This document shows, in pieces, positions 34,088-44,481 of a stretch of DNA of 57,628 nt; the first letter of the stretch is position 1; each line of letters begins with the position of its first letter. The notes beneath the pieces were generated by a model. The model saw only the letters and a list, made by a program, of their open reading frames with translations. It was not told the DNA's origin and did not search any database. The stretch is taken from positions 14,485-72,112 of the forward strand of contig JAGDXY010000005.1 of assembly GCA_023256495.1 (NCBI GenBank), read 5' to 3'. This stretch comes from Candidatus Micrarchaeota archaeon (lineage in GTDB: Archaea; Micrarchaeota; Micrarchaeia; Micrarchaeales; CABMGC01). The position numbers and the translations under genes were made by a program.

Positions 34088-34662
34088 TTTATCTTATTTT
34101 TTATTCTTTTTATAAAATAAACAAATACAAGATACAATATAATAAGGAATATTGCTACGAATATTATTGTATTGAATAAATTTAATGAAAGCGCATAGTA
34201 GCCAAATGCAATGAGCAATGCATTATATAAAAGAATGCCAATCAATGAAAATACAGAAAATCTTATCACATTCATCTTTGCAAAACCAGCAGGAAAACTT
34301 ATTAAGCCCCTTATTACAGGGACAAATCTACTTATAAGCACTGTAGGCTCACCCTCTCTTTCAAAGAATCTATAAACCATATCTAGATGCTCTTTCTTAA
34401 TCTTAAAACGCATTGCATGCCTATAAACAAATTCTTTATTCAAAAAGAAGCCTATATAATAATCAATCATTATTCCAAAAAAAGAGCCTATTACTGATAC
34501 AATATAAGAGACAAATGGATTTATAATACCGCTCTTTGATAAAAAACCAATACTAGGTAAAACTATCTCACTTGGTATAGGAAGTGATGCAGATTCAAGG
34601 AGCATTAATAGGAATATGCCTAAATAGCCATAAGTTTGTATTATGCTTACTATATCAAACAT
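34081..34662 (-). CDS. DedA-family membrane protein
   Basis: YGYLGIFLLMLLESASLPIPSEIVLP and RFVPVIRGLISFPAG motifs, with multiple TM helices. Confidence 0.85.
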   Translation of the reverse strand: MFDIVSIIQTYGYLGIFLLMLLESASLPIPSEIVLPSIGFLSKSGIINPFVSYIVSVIGSFFGIMIDYYIGFFLNKEFVYRHAMRFKIKKEHLDMVYRFFEREGEPTVLISRFVPVIRGLISFPAGFAKMNVIRFSVFSLIGILLYNALLIAFGYYALSLNLFNTIIFVAIFLIILYLVFVYFIKRIKNKINY

Positions 34663-34738
34663 AGATTATATTCTATTTAAGTAACTATAAATTTCTTTCT
34701 AAAAACATTTTATAAATAAAGATGCATTAATTTTATTT

Positions 34739-35743
34739 ATGAAAATAATAAGATTCAAAGACAATATACTAAGAATAAAAGTTGATTCAATAGAGGATCT
34801 TTATCTGCTAGAGAGAATAATAAATAAAGGAGATAAAGTAAAGGCAAAGACATTAAGAAAATATAAGTCGCAAGAAAATGATAAAGGCGAGCTTAAAGAA
34901 GTAATATTAAAAATAGAAGTTGAAAAGGTTGAACTAGACAAGAATAATGCAATATTGAGGATAAATGGCCAAATAATAGCTGGCAAGCCAGAGCAATTTA
35001 TAACACTGCACGCATATCATACAATAAATGTAAAACAAAAAAGCATTATAGAAATAGAAAAGAGTGAATGGAAGAGGTATATATTGGATAAGATAATAGA
35101 ACAAAGCAAAAAAGCAAAAGAACCTAAAATAGGCATAGTAGTATTAGATGATGAAACTGCTACAATAGGAGAAGTAAGCGATATTGGTATTGTAATAAAA
35201 AGCGAGATAGAAAGCAAACTTAGCAAGAGAATGAGCCAAAAGCTATTTGATGAGGCAAAAAATAGATATTTTGAATCTATTAAAAAGGTAATAGAAAACA
35301 TTAGTACAAATATAATAGCAATTGGTGGCCCTGGTTTTATGAAAGACGAATTGTATAAATTCCTAAAAGAATCAGATATTAAAAAGGATTTTATTCTGGC
35401 TTATGCAAGCGATGTTGGAAGATCAGGAATAAAAGAGGTATTGAATAACGAAAGTGTAAAAAGATTCTTTGCAAAAAGCTTATTGCAAAAAGAGTTTAAT
35501 TCTTTAGATGAGCTATTCAAAGAATTAGTAATAGGTAAGGGCATAACAAAAAAAGATGAAATAAAGGAGCGTATCTATGAAGTTAAAAAGATCCTTGTAA
35601 ATGATAGTGTATTAAATAATGAAGAAATAAAATCAATTTTAGATATGGCAGATAAGCTTGGTATTCCTATAGAAATTTTCAATAGCAATGATGATGCAGG
35701 AAAACAATTGAAAGGTTTAGGAGATATAGTAGCATTAACCTAA
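34739..35743 (+). CDS. pelA: Pelota (Dom34) mRNA-surveillance/ribosome-rescue factor
   Basis: N-terminal pattern KDNILRIKVDSIEDLYLLERIINKGDKV, and GGPGF in the central domain. The 334-aa size is typical. Confidence 0.85.
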   Translation: MKIIRFKDNILRIKVDSIEDLYLLERIINKGDKVKAKTLRKYKSQENDKGELKEVILKIEVEKVELDKNNAILRINGQIIAGKPEQFITLHAYHTINVKQKSIIEIEKSEWKRYILDKIIEQSKKAKEPKIGIVVLDDETATIGEVSDIGIVIKSEIESKLSKRMSQKLFDEAKNRYFESIKKVIENISTNIIAIGGPGFMKDELYKFLKESDIKKDFILAYASDVGRSGIKEVLNNESVKRFFAKSLLQKEFNSLDELFKELVIGKGITKKDEIKERIYEVKKILVNDSVLNNEEIKSILDMADKLGIPIEIFNSNDDAGKQLKGLGDIVALT

Positions 35744-36772
35744 ATTGCTCATATTCAATGCTTGCACCCCTGAGCCACATACATTACTCCACAAAACAGC
35801 AATCCTATATAAACCTGGATAAAATGTAACGTTGCTACTATATTTAGTTGCGTTCTGTAGCACCCATGCTTTTCCATTAAAGACTTTATTCCAATTGCTA
35901 TATGGGCTAGCTACTTCATAATAAACTTCCATAGCATCATTTGTAACTATACTAATTGGAACTGTTCTTTGCGAATTAAAATAAAGCATAGTGTAAGCTG
36001 CTGAAAAAGAAGAATTCCTATACATACAATAAATATTTGGGTTTGATAAATAAAATAAAGGACTTGGGAAATATTCTGTTATAAAACCTAAATAATTATT
36101 ACCTATATAACCTGGTGTTCCATAAGAATAGCCTAATATGCCTTGTGGTGTTATATTCCTTATGAAAAATCCATTAGCTAGTATTATGTATCCTTTAGGT
36201 ATTAGGGGGGGCATAGGCGAAGAAGAACCAAGGGTTACTCCTGGCAAAGCCTCTGCCTCTACTACTGCAAAAATTATTGGATTTATTTGTGACGCTTGCA
36301 AATAAAATGAACCAGAAAATGAAATGTTTGAATAACTATTGCAGTTATACCATGTAAGATTCTTTATATTGCCATTGCAAGAATAACCATTTATTCTAAA
36401 AAAGCCACTTTCTTCATTGCCTATAGGAATAGAAGAATTTATCACAACTTCGCATACTGAAGAGCCATCAGGATAAACAAAAGTAGGATTACAATAACCT
36501 ATGTAGTACTTGCCATTAAACTCTAGTTGAATATTTGTTAAGTTAAGAGGTATACCTATTCCATTAGAGAAAACAAAAGTAAATAATGAATAGGTAGAAT
36601 TTGAATATAAATTAGAATAATAACATGACAAACCACCATAAGTATTGCATGTATTTGGTATAGCAACCCTACCAATACTAGCAAAATAAACAAGCAATGT
36701 TATTACTATACCTATAATTATCAACAAGAAGCTATACGTAGATAAAAACTCAATAGCGCTTTGTGATTTCAT
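35735..36772 (-). CDS. secreted pilin-like protein with class III signal peptide (345 aa)
   Basis: MKSQSAIEFLSTYSFLLIIIGIVITLLVYF is a textbook archaeal prepilin-type N-terminus. The rest is rich in N-x-S/T and Cys. Confidence 0.65.
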   Translation of the reverse strand: MKSQSAIEFLSTYSFLLIIIGIVITLLVYFASIGRVAIPNTCNTYGGLSCYYSNLYSNSTYSLFTFVFSNGIGIPLNLTNIQLEFNGKYYIGYCNPTFVYPDGSSVCEVVINSSIPIGNEESGFFRINGYSCNGNIKNLTWYNCNSYSNISFSGSFYLQASQINPIIFAVVEAEALPGVTLGSSSPMPPLIPKGYIILANGFFIRNITPQGILGYSYGTPGYIGNNYLGFITEYFPSPLFYLSNPNIYCMYRNSSFSAAYTMLYFNSQRTVPISIVTNDAMEVYYEVASPYSNWNKVFNGKAWVLQNATKYSSNVTFYPGLYRIAVLWSNVCGSGVQALNMSNLG

Positions 36773-36802
36773 TAAATTAGATTAAAATAAGAAATATTAA
36801 AT

Positions 36803-38110
36803 TTATAACTCTATATTATCTTTTATCTTTGGTACATACACATTAAACTTATTTTTAAAATGATCAGCTAATTCGATACTCTTTCTCTCTTCTCCATGAA
36901 CAACAAAAATATTTTTTAAGCCGTTTATACTATTTATGAAATTCAATAATTGCATTCTATCTGCATGTGCAGAAAGATGAAAATACTCTACTTTATTTTT
37001 AATTTCTATTTCCTTTTCATCTATAACTATCTTTCTTTCACCATCTTTTAGTTTTCTTCCATTTGTACCTTCTGCTTGATAGCCAACAAGTATTATTTTA
37101 TCGTTAGAATTATTTGCAATATGCTCTAAATATTTAAATGCAGGCCCTCCAGTAAGCATACCACTTGTTGTTACTATAATTGCTGGCTCTTTGCTCTTTG
37201 CGACTCTTAATCTCTCACCTTTGCCTTTTATGAAATGGAAATATTTGCTTTTAAATGGATCGTCATCGCTAATAAGTATTCTCTTTTGTATGGCATCATT
37301 GCAATAAATCACTTCATGTCTATAAATACGCATTGCCTTCCTTATCATACCATCTATATATATATTTGCTTTTGGTAATATACCAGAGCGCATGTGATTT
37401 TCTAATATAAACAATACCTCTTGTGCCCTACCTACAGCAAAAGAGGGGATTAATACTTTACCACCGCTTAATATTGTATCTTTTATGCTATTAACAAATT
37501 TGTTTACTATACTTTTATATTGCTCAAATACATCTTCTTTGCCTCCATAAGTGCTTTCAGTAATTAATGTACTAGCTCTTAAATCCTTACTATATGCACC
37601 ATCTAAAAGCGCAGTATTTTTTATAGTAAAATCGCCAGTATATAATATTTTTTCATTTCCATTGCTTGTTTCTATCATTGAACTACCAAGGATATGGCCG
37701 GCGGGATATAGTTTAATACTAATGCCATTTATGTTATATTCTTTAAAATAATCAAGAAAAGAGAACATTTTTTGTGTTGTTATCAATGATTTCTTATTTA
37801 TATCTGGATGCGACAAGTTTAGATAATCGCTAAGCAAAACCATAGTAAGCTCGCCAGTTGGCTTTGTTAGATAAATCTTTTTTTCTAGACCATAATCTAT
37901 TATATGTGGTAAAAAGCCACTATGATCTAAATGGGCATGACTTATTATAAAGAAGTCTATATCTTGAAGTTCATCTTTTTCAATCAATGGTAATTCTTCA
38001 TGTTCACCTAATTTAACACCAGCATCTAAAGCAATCTTCTTATCTTTAATCTCTAAAAGAATAAAACTCCTACCTACCTCTCTTGCTCCACCAAAAAAAG
38101 AAATTCTCAA
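36803..38110 (-). CDS. beta-CASP metallo-beta-lactamase RNase (aCPSF2-like)
   Basis: HAHLDHSG motif, a beta-CASP region and a C-terminal FVVHGE. At 435 aa it lacks N-terminal KH domains. Confidence 0.8.
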   Translation of the reverse strand: MRISFFGGAREVGRSFILLEIKDKKIALDAGVKLGEHEELPLIEKDELQDIDFFIISHAHLDHSGFLPHIIDYGLEKKIYLTKPTGELTMVLLSDYLNLSHPDINKKSLITTQKMFSFLDYFKEYNINGISIKLYPAGHILGSSMIETSNGNEKILYTGDFTIKNTALLDGAYSKDLRASTLITESTYGGKEDVFEQYKSIVNKFVNSIKDTILSGGKVLIPSFAVGRAQEVLFILENHMRSGILPKANIYIDGMIRKAMRIYRHEVIYCNDAIQKRILISDDDPFKSKYFHFIKGKGERLRVAKSKEPAIIVTTSGMLTGGPAFKYLEHIANNSNDKIILVGYQAEGTNGRKLKDGERKIVIDEKEIEIKNKVEYFHLSAHADRMQLLNFINSINGLKNIFVVHGEERKSIELADHFKNKFNVYVPKIKDNIEL

Positions 38111-38120
38111 TTATACCACT

Positions 38121-38594
38121 TTATTTTTGTTCATTGTTATTATTTTGATTATTACTAGATTTCTTGTCTTTTATTATTGCAACATCTGCTAAACTTATTT
38201 CATTGTTAACTACCTGTTTCTTTGCCGGTTTTTCTTTTACTTTATTATATAATTTTCTATATAAGCTATCTATCTTCTTGCTACTTTCTTTTATTTGAGT
38301 ATCTAATTCTGCAATTTTCTTATTTAGCTCTTCTAGATCTTTATCTATATACTCTATCTTTTTCTTTAGCTTATAGCTTTTCATTGCCTCTTTTAACTCC
38401 TCTTCTATCTTGTTCTTCTTCTTTATCAACTCTCTTTCTGCTTCTAGGGTATATGCTTCTGTTGCTATCCTAAACTCTAGTCTTTCTTTTGCCTTTCTTA
38501 GATATCTTATATCTTTTGTCTGCGCTTTTAATAAATTAAAGAGCTTTTCAGCTGCTTTTTTCTCTTCATCCTTATATCTAAGCTTATTCCTCAA
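38121..38594 (-). CDS. coiled-coil K/E-rich protein (157 aa, TTG start in track)
   Basis: Continuous heptad-like charged sequence. No ATG lies near the 5' end. No family recognised. Confidence 0.45.
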   Translation of the reverse strand: MRNKLRYKDEEKKAAEKLFNLLKAQTKDIRYLRKAKERLEFRIATEAYTLEAERELIKKKNKIEEELKEAMKSYKLKKKIEYIDKDLEELNKKIAELDTQIKESSKKIDSLYRKLYNKVKEKPAKKQVVNNEISLADVAIIKDKKSSNNQNNNNEQK

Positions 38595-38661
38595 TTGCTT
38601 AATCTGATCTATTAGATCTCTTCTTTTTTTCTGTTCTTCTTCTAATTGTTTTTTAAGTTCT

Positions 38662-39828
38662 TCATTCTCTACCAGGTATATCCCCCTTTAAAAGCTTTTC
38701 ATAAAGATCAACAAGTAACTTAGTGACATTGCCCTTAGAAAACTTTCTTGCAGTCATAATACAATTATTCTTATATACTTCTGTATTTTTTAATATTTCC
38801 ATTAATTTCCTTGAGCAGTCTAAAGGATCATTTGGTTTAAATTTAAGTCCATTTTTATGATCTATTATTAGTTCATGAAGTGCCATATAATCTGCACCAA
38901 CAACAGGCTTGCCTAATGCCATTGCTTCCAAAACAACTATACCTTGCGTTTCAAATGTAGAGGGCATGCAAAAGACATCGGCTGCTGCATAAAGATATGG
39001 CAATATATTTTGTGGGACAAAACCTATAAATCTTACTATCTTTTGTATACCTAATTTCTCAGACAGTTTCTTATAATATTGCTCAGCAGGACCAGTTCCT
39101 CCAATTATTACCTTTATGTTCTTTTCCTTCTTATACAATATTGCTATAGCCTTTAGCATCACATCTATTTTTTTCTCATAACTAAGCCTACCAACATATA
39201 AGATAAGCTTATCGCTTTCATTTAAACCATATCTCAATCTTATTAATGAACCATCTAATTTATAATTAAATATTGATAAATCAACCCCATTAGGTATTAC
39301 ATAAATATTATTTATTCCGTGTTTTTCCAATTCTAGCTTTACTGTATTGCTTGGCGCTATAACTGCATCGCATTTTTTATAAAAATATTTTGTATATTCC
39401 CATAAATATTTTGAGGTCACATTCTTTATGTATTTATTATTAGGATAATAATTCTCTATAATACTCTTATCGTTTACCCATGTATGAAATGAGCATACAA
39501 AAGGTATATCATTTATTCTTGCATTCATTAAGGCTGTGAGCCCCATCATATATGGGGTATGTGCATGTATTATATCTGCTTTATTTTTTATAAAGCTATA
39601 AAATGGGAATATAGCAATCCTATATTGTGGATATGGTTTAAATTTTATGCTTGGAAACAAGATTGTATCGTTACTTTTTTTAAAAGAAACAGAATTAGAT
39701 GGTGCATAAAGAGTGACTTTATAACCATATTTTGGCAATTCACTTTTAAAAGATAAAATTGAGGTAACTACCCCATCTATAGCAGGCAAATAAGTATCTG
39801 TAAAGAATGCAACTTCATGTTTAATCAT
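38662..39828 (-). CDS. glycosyltransferase family 4 (GT-B)
   Basis: N-terminal FFTDTYLPAIDGV and C-terminal PSTFETQGIVVLEAMALGKPVV (the EX7E region). Confidence 0.85.
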   Translation of the reverse strand: MIKHEVAFFTDTYLPAIDGVVTSILSFKSELPKYGYKVTLYAPSNSVSFKKSNDTILFPSIKFKPYPQYRIAIFPFYSFIKNKADIIHAHTPYMMGLTALMNARINDIPFVCSFHTWVNDKSIIENYYPNNKYIKNVTSKYLWEYTKYFYKKCDAVIAPSNTVKLELEKHGINNIYVIPNGVDLSIFNYKLDGSLIRLRYGLNESDKLILYVGRLSYEKKIDVMLKAIAILYKKEKNIKVIIGGTGPAEQYYKKLSEKLGIQKIVRFIGFVPQNILPYLYAAADVFCMPSTFETQGIVVLEAMALGKPVVGADYMALHELIIDHKNGLKFKPNDPLDCSRKLMEILKNTEVYKNNCIMTARKFSKGNVTKLLVDLYEKLLKGDIPGRE

Positions 39829-39837
39829 CTATACACC

Positions 39838-40221
39838 TTAAACCTTGACTGCCTCTCCACCTACTTTTTTTATTTTCTCTAGAGCAATCCTAGAGAAATC
39901 GCTAGCCTTTATAATAAGTGGTTTTGATAAATTGCCACCACCCAAAACCTTATAGCCATATAGATTTACTTCTTTTTCATTGCCAAATTTTTCATTTATG
40001 TAATCTAAATTAACTTCCTTCATTCTTACCTTAACCCTTGCAAAACCTTTTTTTCCAATAGTATCTGGGGCATATTTAACTATATATGTCCATTTATGCT
40101 TTCTTCCTGCCTTACCTACTCCTCCTCTATCACCAGATCCTCTATTATTCTTTATATTTCCTGCACCCCATCTTCTATTTCCCAAATACTTTCTAGATTT
40201 TTTTGGAATCCTAACTACCAT
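39838..40221 (-). CDS. rpl15: ribosomal protein L15 (uL15)
   Basis: GNRRWGAGNIKNNRGSGDRGGVGKAGRKHKW matches the uL15 N-terminal pattern. Confidence 0.9.
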   Translation of the reverse strand: MVVRIPKKSRKYLGNRRWGAGNIKNNRGSGDRGGVGKAGRKHKWTYIVKYAPDTIGKKGFARVKVRMKEVNLDYINEKFGNEKEVNLYGYKVLGGGNLSKPLIIKASDFSRIALEKIKKVGGEAVKV

Positions 40222-40652
40222 TATAGAGCACCCATTCTTTTTAATAAATTAATTATATCAATACCTCTATACCCTAAATCACCACCATCTTTTATATTCT
40301 TCTTAGTAGATCTAAAGCCTTTGCTTGGAGGATGTAATCTAATAGGTAATTTTAATACTTCTTTTATCTTCTTCTTTCCATTTAATATAGCTTCTATATC
40401 GCTATCACTTATCTCTATGCCTTTCTTTTTCAATATTTTCTTAAATATATCTTTTTCTATTTCACCATAAGTAATAAATGCATCGCATTTCCTTATCATT
40501 CCTATAGATGATTTATTTCCAATAGTAAAACTAAGATTATGTATCTTTGGCAGGTTTAATCTTTCCAAGGTTTCTTCTATATCACTCCTAGTTCCTGGCC
40601 TGCCTCTTACTCTTACTAGTGCTATTAATTTACCATCTAGATTAGCATTCAT
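40221..40652 (-). CDS. rpl30: ribosomal protein L30 (uL30)
   Basis: LIALVRVRGRPGTRSDIEETLERLNLPKIHN. ATG 40652 is preferred over the TTG at 40664. The stop overlaps the rpl15 start. Confidence 0.88.
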   Translation of the reverse strand: MNANLDGKLIALVRVRGRPGTRSDIEETLERLNLPKIHNLSFTIGNKSSIGMIRKCDAFITYGEIEKDIFKKILKKKGIEISDSDIEAILNGKKKIKEVLKLPIRLHPPSKGFRSTKKNIKDGGDLGYRGIDIINLLKRMGAL

Positions 40653-40773
40653 AAAAACCGCCAAAAGATATATTTTATTTTATTAATACATATTTAAATA
40701 ACTTCCTAAAGTTTAATAGATAAAAATTTATAATAGCAAAAATTTAAAAATTTAAAATCAAATCTTTTAGATT

Positions 40774-41556
40774 ATGAAGCTAATGTTAATTAATTTTATA
40801 ATTTTCTTTGCAATATCTCTTGCAATATTAAATGCAGGTACTGTAACTTTAACAGGCACATGCTTGCTAAAAGGCAATAATCTTACTTTTAGCTTAATAA
40901 ATAATGGCAATGAAAGCGCATTAAATCTAATAATACAACCAAATTATGTTGGAGTGCAAGGTAATAGTTCTTACCTGTTACTAAGGTATTTAAATCCAAA
41001 TCAGCCATACAATATAACACTTCCTTTAAAAATTTACAATAAGGGCTCATTTCTAGCTTATTTTAATGTAACATATGAAGCTGGAACTAATGTTTATTCT
41101 GCGGTATTTCCATGCCTATTGGCTGAAAATAATAGTTTTGGATCTTTTGTATATACATTAGTAAATGAAAGTGAAAAAAACAATAATTATCTAATTACTG
41201 TAAATCTAACAAACCAGGGGCCAAAGCCGATAAATGTTTCTGTTTATCTATTAATACCAAAGACATTTTCTGCAAAGTATGTAAGTACTAATATAACATT
41301 ATATCCAAACAAGAATAGAGAAGTAAACTTCTCATTTAGTGGAGAAAATGGGTATAATAGCTTTGCTTTAGGTATAGGAACTTATTATGTATTAGATAAT
41401 AAAAGCTACGCAACACTGAATATTTTAAGTATAGCACCAAAAAATACTAAAAGCGACTATACTTACATAATTGCTGGTGGCATATTCTTTATAATTGCTG
41501 TATTATTTGGTCTTTATATAAGAAAGATAATATCAAAAAAGATAAACAAAAGTTAG
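40774..41556 (+). CDS. secreted sequon-rich protein with C-terminal TM anchor (260 aa)
   Basis: N-terminal signal MKLMLINFIIFFAISLAILNA, many N-x-S/T sites, and a C-terminal YIIAGGIFFIIAVLFGLYI followed by a basic tail. Confidence 0.6.
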   Translation: MKLMLINFIIFFAISLAILNAGTVTLTGTCLLKGNNLTFSLINNGNESALNLIIQPNYVGVQGNSSYLLLRYLNPNQPYNITLPLKIYNKGSFLAYFNVTYEAGTNVYSAVFPCLLAENNSFGSFVYTLVNESEKNNNYLITVNLTNQGPKPINVSVYLLIPKTFSAKYVSTNITLYPNKNREVNFSFSGENGYNSFALGIGTYYVLDNKSYATLNILSIAPKNTKSDYTYIIAGGIFFIIAVLFGLYIRKIISKKINKS

Positions 41557-43334
41557 GTATTTGAATAATTGAGTATATAGTAAAAAGCAACAGGCCCTTG
41601 TGATGTAGGATACTTTATTATAAGCTTCATGTTATATTTGCTAACATATGATGAGCATAAGTTGTTATATGGGGGTACAACGCACCAATAACCATAATCA
41701 AAAATATAACAGCTATAATTGCTAGTTAATTCATGTGATTCAAAATAACCTATTTGCGCTGCATTTTTACCATATTCAAAAAATATGTCTGGAGTAAAAG
41801 AGAATACAAGACAATTGTTTGGTATGTAATTTTGATAATTAAACTCAAATTGACTTGCGTTATAAATTACAGCTTGTTGTGGCATTTGTGAAGGCTTCAA
41901 AGAGAAAGTAGGTATAGTAAATACAAAGTATATAGATGCTAATAAAAGCACAGAGGCTGAATAAATTTTTTTATCCTTGATAAAGAGTGTTAATATAAGC
42001 ATAATTATTACAAAAACAATTTGAGGAAATAATGAGGTATAGCTAATATTAACAAATGAAAATATAGGTGTATTGTATATTCTAAAGTTATTATATATTA
42101 CATAAGCAAATAATAGCAATAGAACAATTGAGGCAATAAATACATTTTTACTATATGTTTTATCAGCAAAAAATAAAGGTAAAGAAAATAAAATCAAAGA
42201 TGGAACTAATGATAGCATAAATCTTGAATCTACACCATATGTAGCAAAGCCTGCATAATAAACAGAGTAGAATAAAAAGTATGCAATAAAAATAAAACCA
42301 GGGATTAAGAGATTTTTCTTATTAAAGCTGCTAATTGCAATGAATATCCCAAATAAAGCAAGTATAAATAAAGTTGGTGAGAATATAGCAGGATAATATT
42401 CAACAAAATCAAAATATCCATTTAAATATTCAAAGTTTATATATGAAAAGTTTAAAAGATAAGAAAAAGAAATTAAAGGGGAATTTCCTTGGCCATAAGT
42501 GGGATTAGAATATTCGTATCCAATGAAATAAATCTCTGGTGCTATAAGGAAGATAAATAAAATTAAAATAGGCAAATAATTATCATTATCAAATAGTTCG
42601 ATGAAAAAATTTTTATCATATAAAATAAACAATATAATATATATAAAAAGAAGTAGAATAGACTCAACACGCATATATAGAGTTATGCCAAGTATAGACA
42701 AAAAAGCTAGTAATGAATATTTTGTCTTTCTCTCTATGTTATATAAGAAAAATAGCATTGAAAGTATAGAAAAGAACATGAATGTTAAATCAGGTATTGC
42801 TTGTGTTCTAGCCCATATATAAATTTCTGGCTGTATTGCAAAAAGCAATGAAGCAATACCAAAACTATACTTTTTATTTGTAAAAAGTATTGCTACTATT
42901 GCAATAGCTATTAATGAAAGCAAGCCTATAATAAATTGCAGATTAAATGCAGTATTTATTGAAGCGCCTCCGAAAAGAAAGGCAATTGCTATAATAAATG
43001 GTTCTCCTATAGGATCATGGTATATAGCATTTGAGAAGCATTTGTATAAATAGCCAGTACCATATTGGCACCATTCACCATTTAGATTATGCAATATATT
43101 TAGCGCTATACCTTGGTATATGTTTTCATCAAAATAGAGCTGCTCTACAGGCTGTACTAAAAATAGTCCTATGAAAATGTATATCAATACAGAAATCGAA
43201 AATATGATAATATCTAATTTTGATATATATGGCTTTAATCTCTTATAAATCCCTTTTCTTTCTTTAAAAATAGCTAAGAAAAATAATACATATAAAACAA
43301 TTAATGAGATTACAAATATATTGCCAATATCCAT
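41553..43334 (-). CDS. GT-C-fold polytopic glycosyltransferase (ArnT/PMT-like)
   Basis: More than 10 hydrophobic segments by eye. The first extracytoplasmic loop has the acidic motif YFDENIY. A soluble domain lies at the C-terminus. No WWDYG motif is present. Confidence 0.6.
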   Translation of the reverse strand: MDIGNIFVISLIVLYVLFFLAIFKERKGIYKRLKPYISKLDIIIFSISVLIYIFIGLFLVQPVEQLYFDENIYQGIALNILHNLNGEWCQYGTGYLYKCFSNAIYHDPIGEPFIIAIAFLFGGASINTAFNLQFIIGLLSLIAIAIVAILFTNKKYSFGIASLLFAIQPEIYIWARTQAIPDLTFMFFSILSMLFFLYNIERKTKYSLLAFLSILGITLYMRVESILLLFIYIILFILYDKNFFIELFDNDNYLPILILFIFLIAPEIYFIGYEYSNPTYGQGNSPLISFSYLLNFSYINFEYLNGYFDFVEYYPAIFSPTLFILALFGIFIAISSFNKKNLLIPGFIFIAYFLFYSVYYAGFATYGVDSRFMLSLVPSLILFSLPLFFADKTYSKNVFIASIVLLLLFAYVIYNNFRIYNTPIFSFVNISYTSLFPQIVFVIIMLILTLFIKDKKIYSASVLLLASIYFVFTIPTFSLKPSQMPQQAVIYNASQFEFNYQNYIPNNCLVFSFTPDIFFEYGKNAAQIGYFESHELTSNYSCYIFDYGYWCVVPPYNNLCSSYVSKYNMKLIIKYPTSQGPVAFYYILNYSNT

Positions 43335-43373
43335 AATAAAATTAATTTAAGAATAAATCTATTTATAAATTAT

Positions 43374-44426
43374 CTAAATCAATATCTTATGCATATCTCC
43401 AACTAATGTTTGATATGCTTCGCAAGCGGTCCATGAAGGTGGCTCCTTTCCTTCTTTTATTAATTTCCTTATATTCTTTGCATCATTACTATTAATTATT
43501 GGTATTAAATCATAGCTAGTTTCCCTTATATTACCAAGCTTATAATCCCAAACAATAGAAGGAAATACGTTTCCAAAACTATCTAAGAAAATAGACGCTT
43601 CTAAACTTCTATTTTTCATCGGAGACTTTCCAGTATCTACATAAGTTATAAGATTTCTAATAAATGCATTTTCTACAAGTTCAATTGGACTTAATGAAAA
43701 TCTTCTATTTTTTAATAAATATCTTATATCATTTTTAATAGCTTCTCTTTCACCAATAAAATTTGAATTTTTATTATTGTAATAATGCTCTGATATTTGA
43801 CCAACATTTACATGGAAGTAATTAAAATCTACAAAAGGCAATATATTTTTTACATATTCTATTGTCTCTTTTAGTTTGCCTTGATTATATCTGCTAATAG
43901 TATAGCCAAAGTAGAAACTTAGATTCTTATGCTTATTTTTTAATTCTTGCAATGCTTTTGCAAGGTCCATTACTCTATCAAAATTACCCTTTATGCCACG
44001 TATTTGATCATGTAGTTCTTTGTAGCCATCTAGGCTTAGAGTTATTACTACTCTAGGTATACCTAAATTTAGTATCTTCTCTAAGTTTCTAATTATTAAA
44101 TCTTTATTGGTGAGAGAATTTGTTGGTATTGTAAGCATATATATATTGTTTGTATCATTAATTGCCTTTGCTATATCATATATATCGCTTCTTAAGAAAG
44201 GCTCGCCACCTGTAAGTTCAACCCATTTAAAAAATCTATTTTTGCTTGCAAAGAGTTTAATTTCATCTAAAGTAAGTTCATTGTTTGGATGCATCTGCCA
44301 TATATTACATGTTAAACAGCGTGATTGACATCTATAAGTTATTGCAAAATTTAGCTTATATGGTAATTTTAATTCAGAGAAATTGCTTTTTATTATTGGT
44401 ATTGCTAGATCAATTAATTTGTACAT
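43374..44426 (-). CDS. radical SAM protein
   Basis: YRCQSRCLTCNIW (CxxxCxxC) and ELTGGEPFL. Confidence 0.8.
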   Translation of the reverse strand: MYKLIDLAIPIIKSNFSELKLPYKLNFAITYRCQSRCLTCNIWQMHPNNELTLDEIKLFASKNRFFKWVELTGGEPFLRSDIYDIAKAINDTNNIYMLTIPTNSLTNKDLIIRNLEKILNLGIPRVVITLSLDGYKELHDQIRGIKGNFDRVMDLAKALQELKNKHKNLSFYFGYTISRYNQGKLKETIEYVKNILPFVDFNYFHVNVGQISEHYYNNKNSNFIGEREAIKNDIRYLLKNRRFSLSPIELVENAFIRNLITYVDTGKSPMKNRSLEASIFLDSFGNVFPSIVWDYKLGNIRETSYDLIPIINSNDAKNIRKLIKEGKEPPSWTACEAYQTLVGDMHKILI

Positions 44427-44481
44427 TATAAAAATATTATTACTAAACTCATTTTTATACTTTATTACTGAAAAAGATAAT

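Noticed and set aside
38595-38664. In-frame stop-free extension upstream of the coiled-coil ORF, considered as a frameshifted fusion with the GT4 gene or a longer ORF
   Set aside because: The extension contains no ATG, GTG or TTG start and begins right after a TAA in that frame. The GT4 gene ends with its own clear stop, so this is most likely just a short untranslated spacer.
41553-43334. Oligosaccharyltransferase AglB
   Set aside because: No WWDYG-type motif is present in the C-terminal domain. The architecture fits ArnT/PMT-like GT-C enzymes better.
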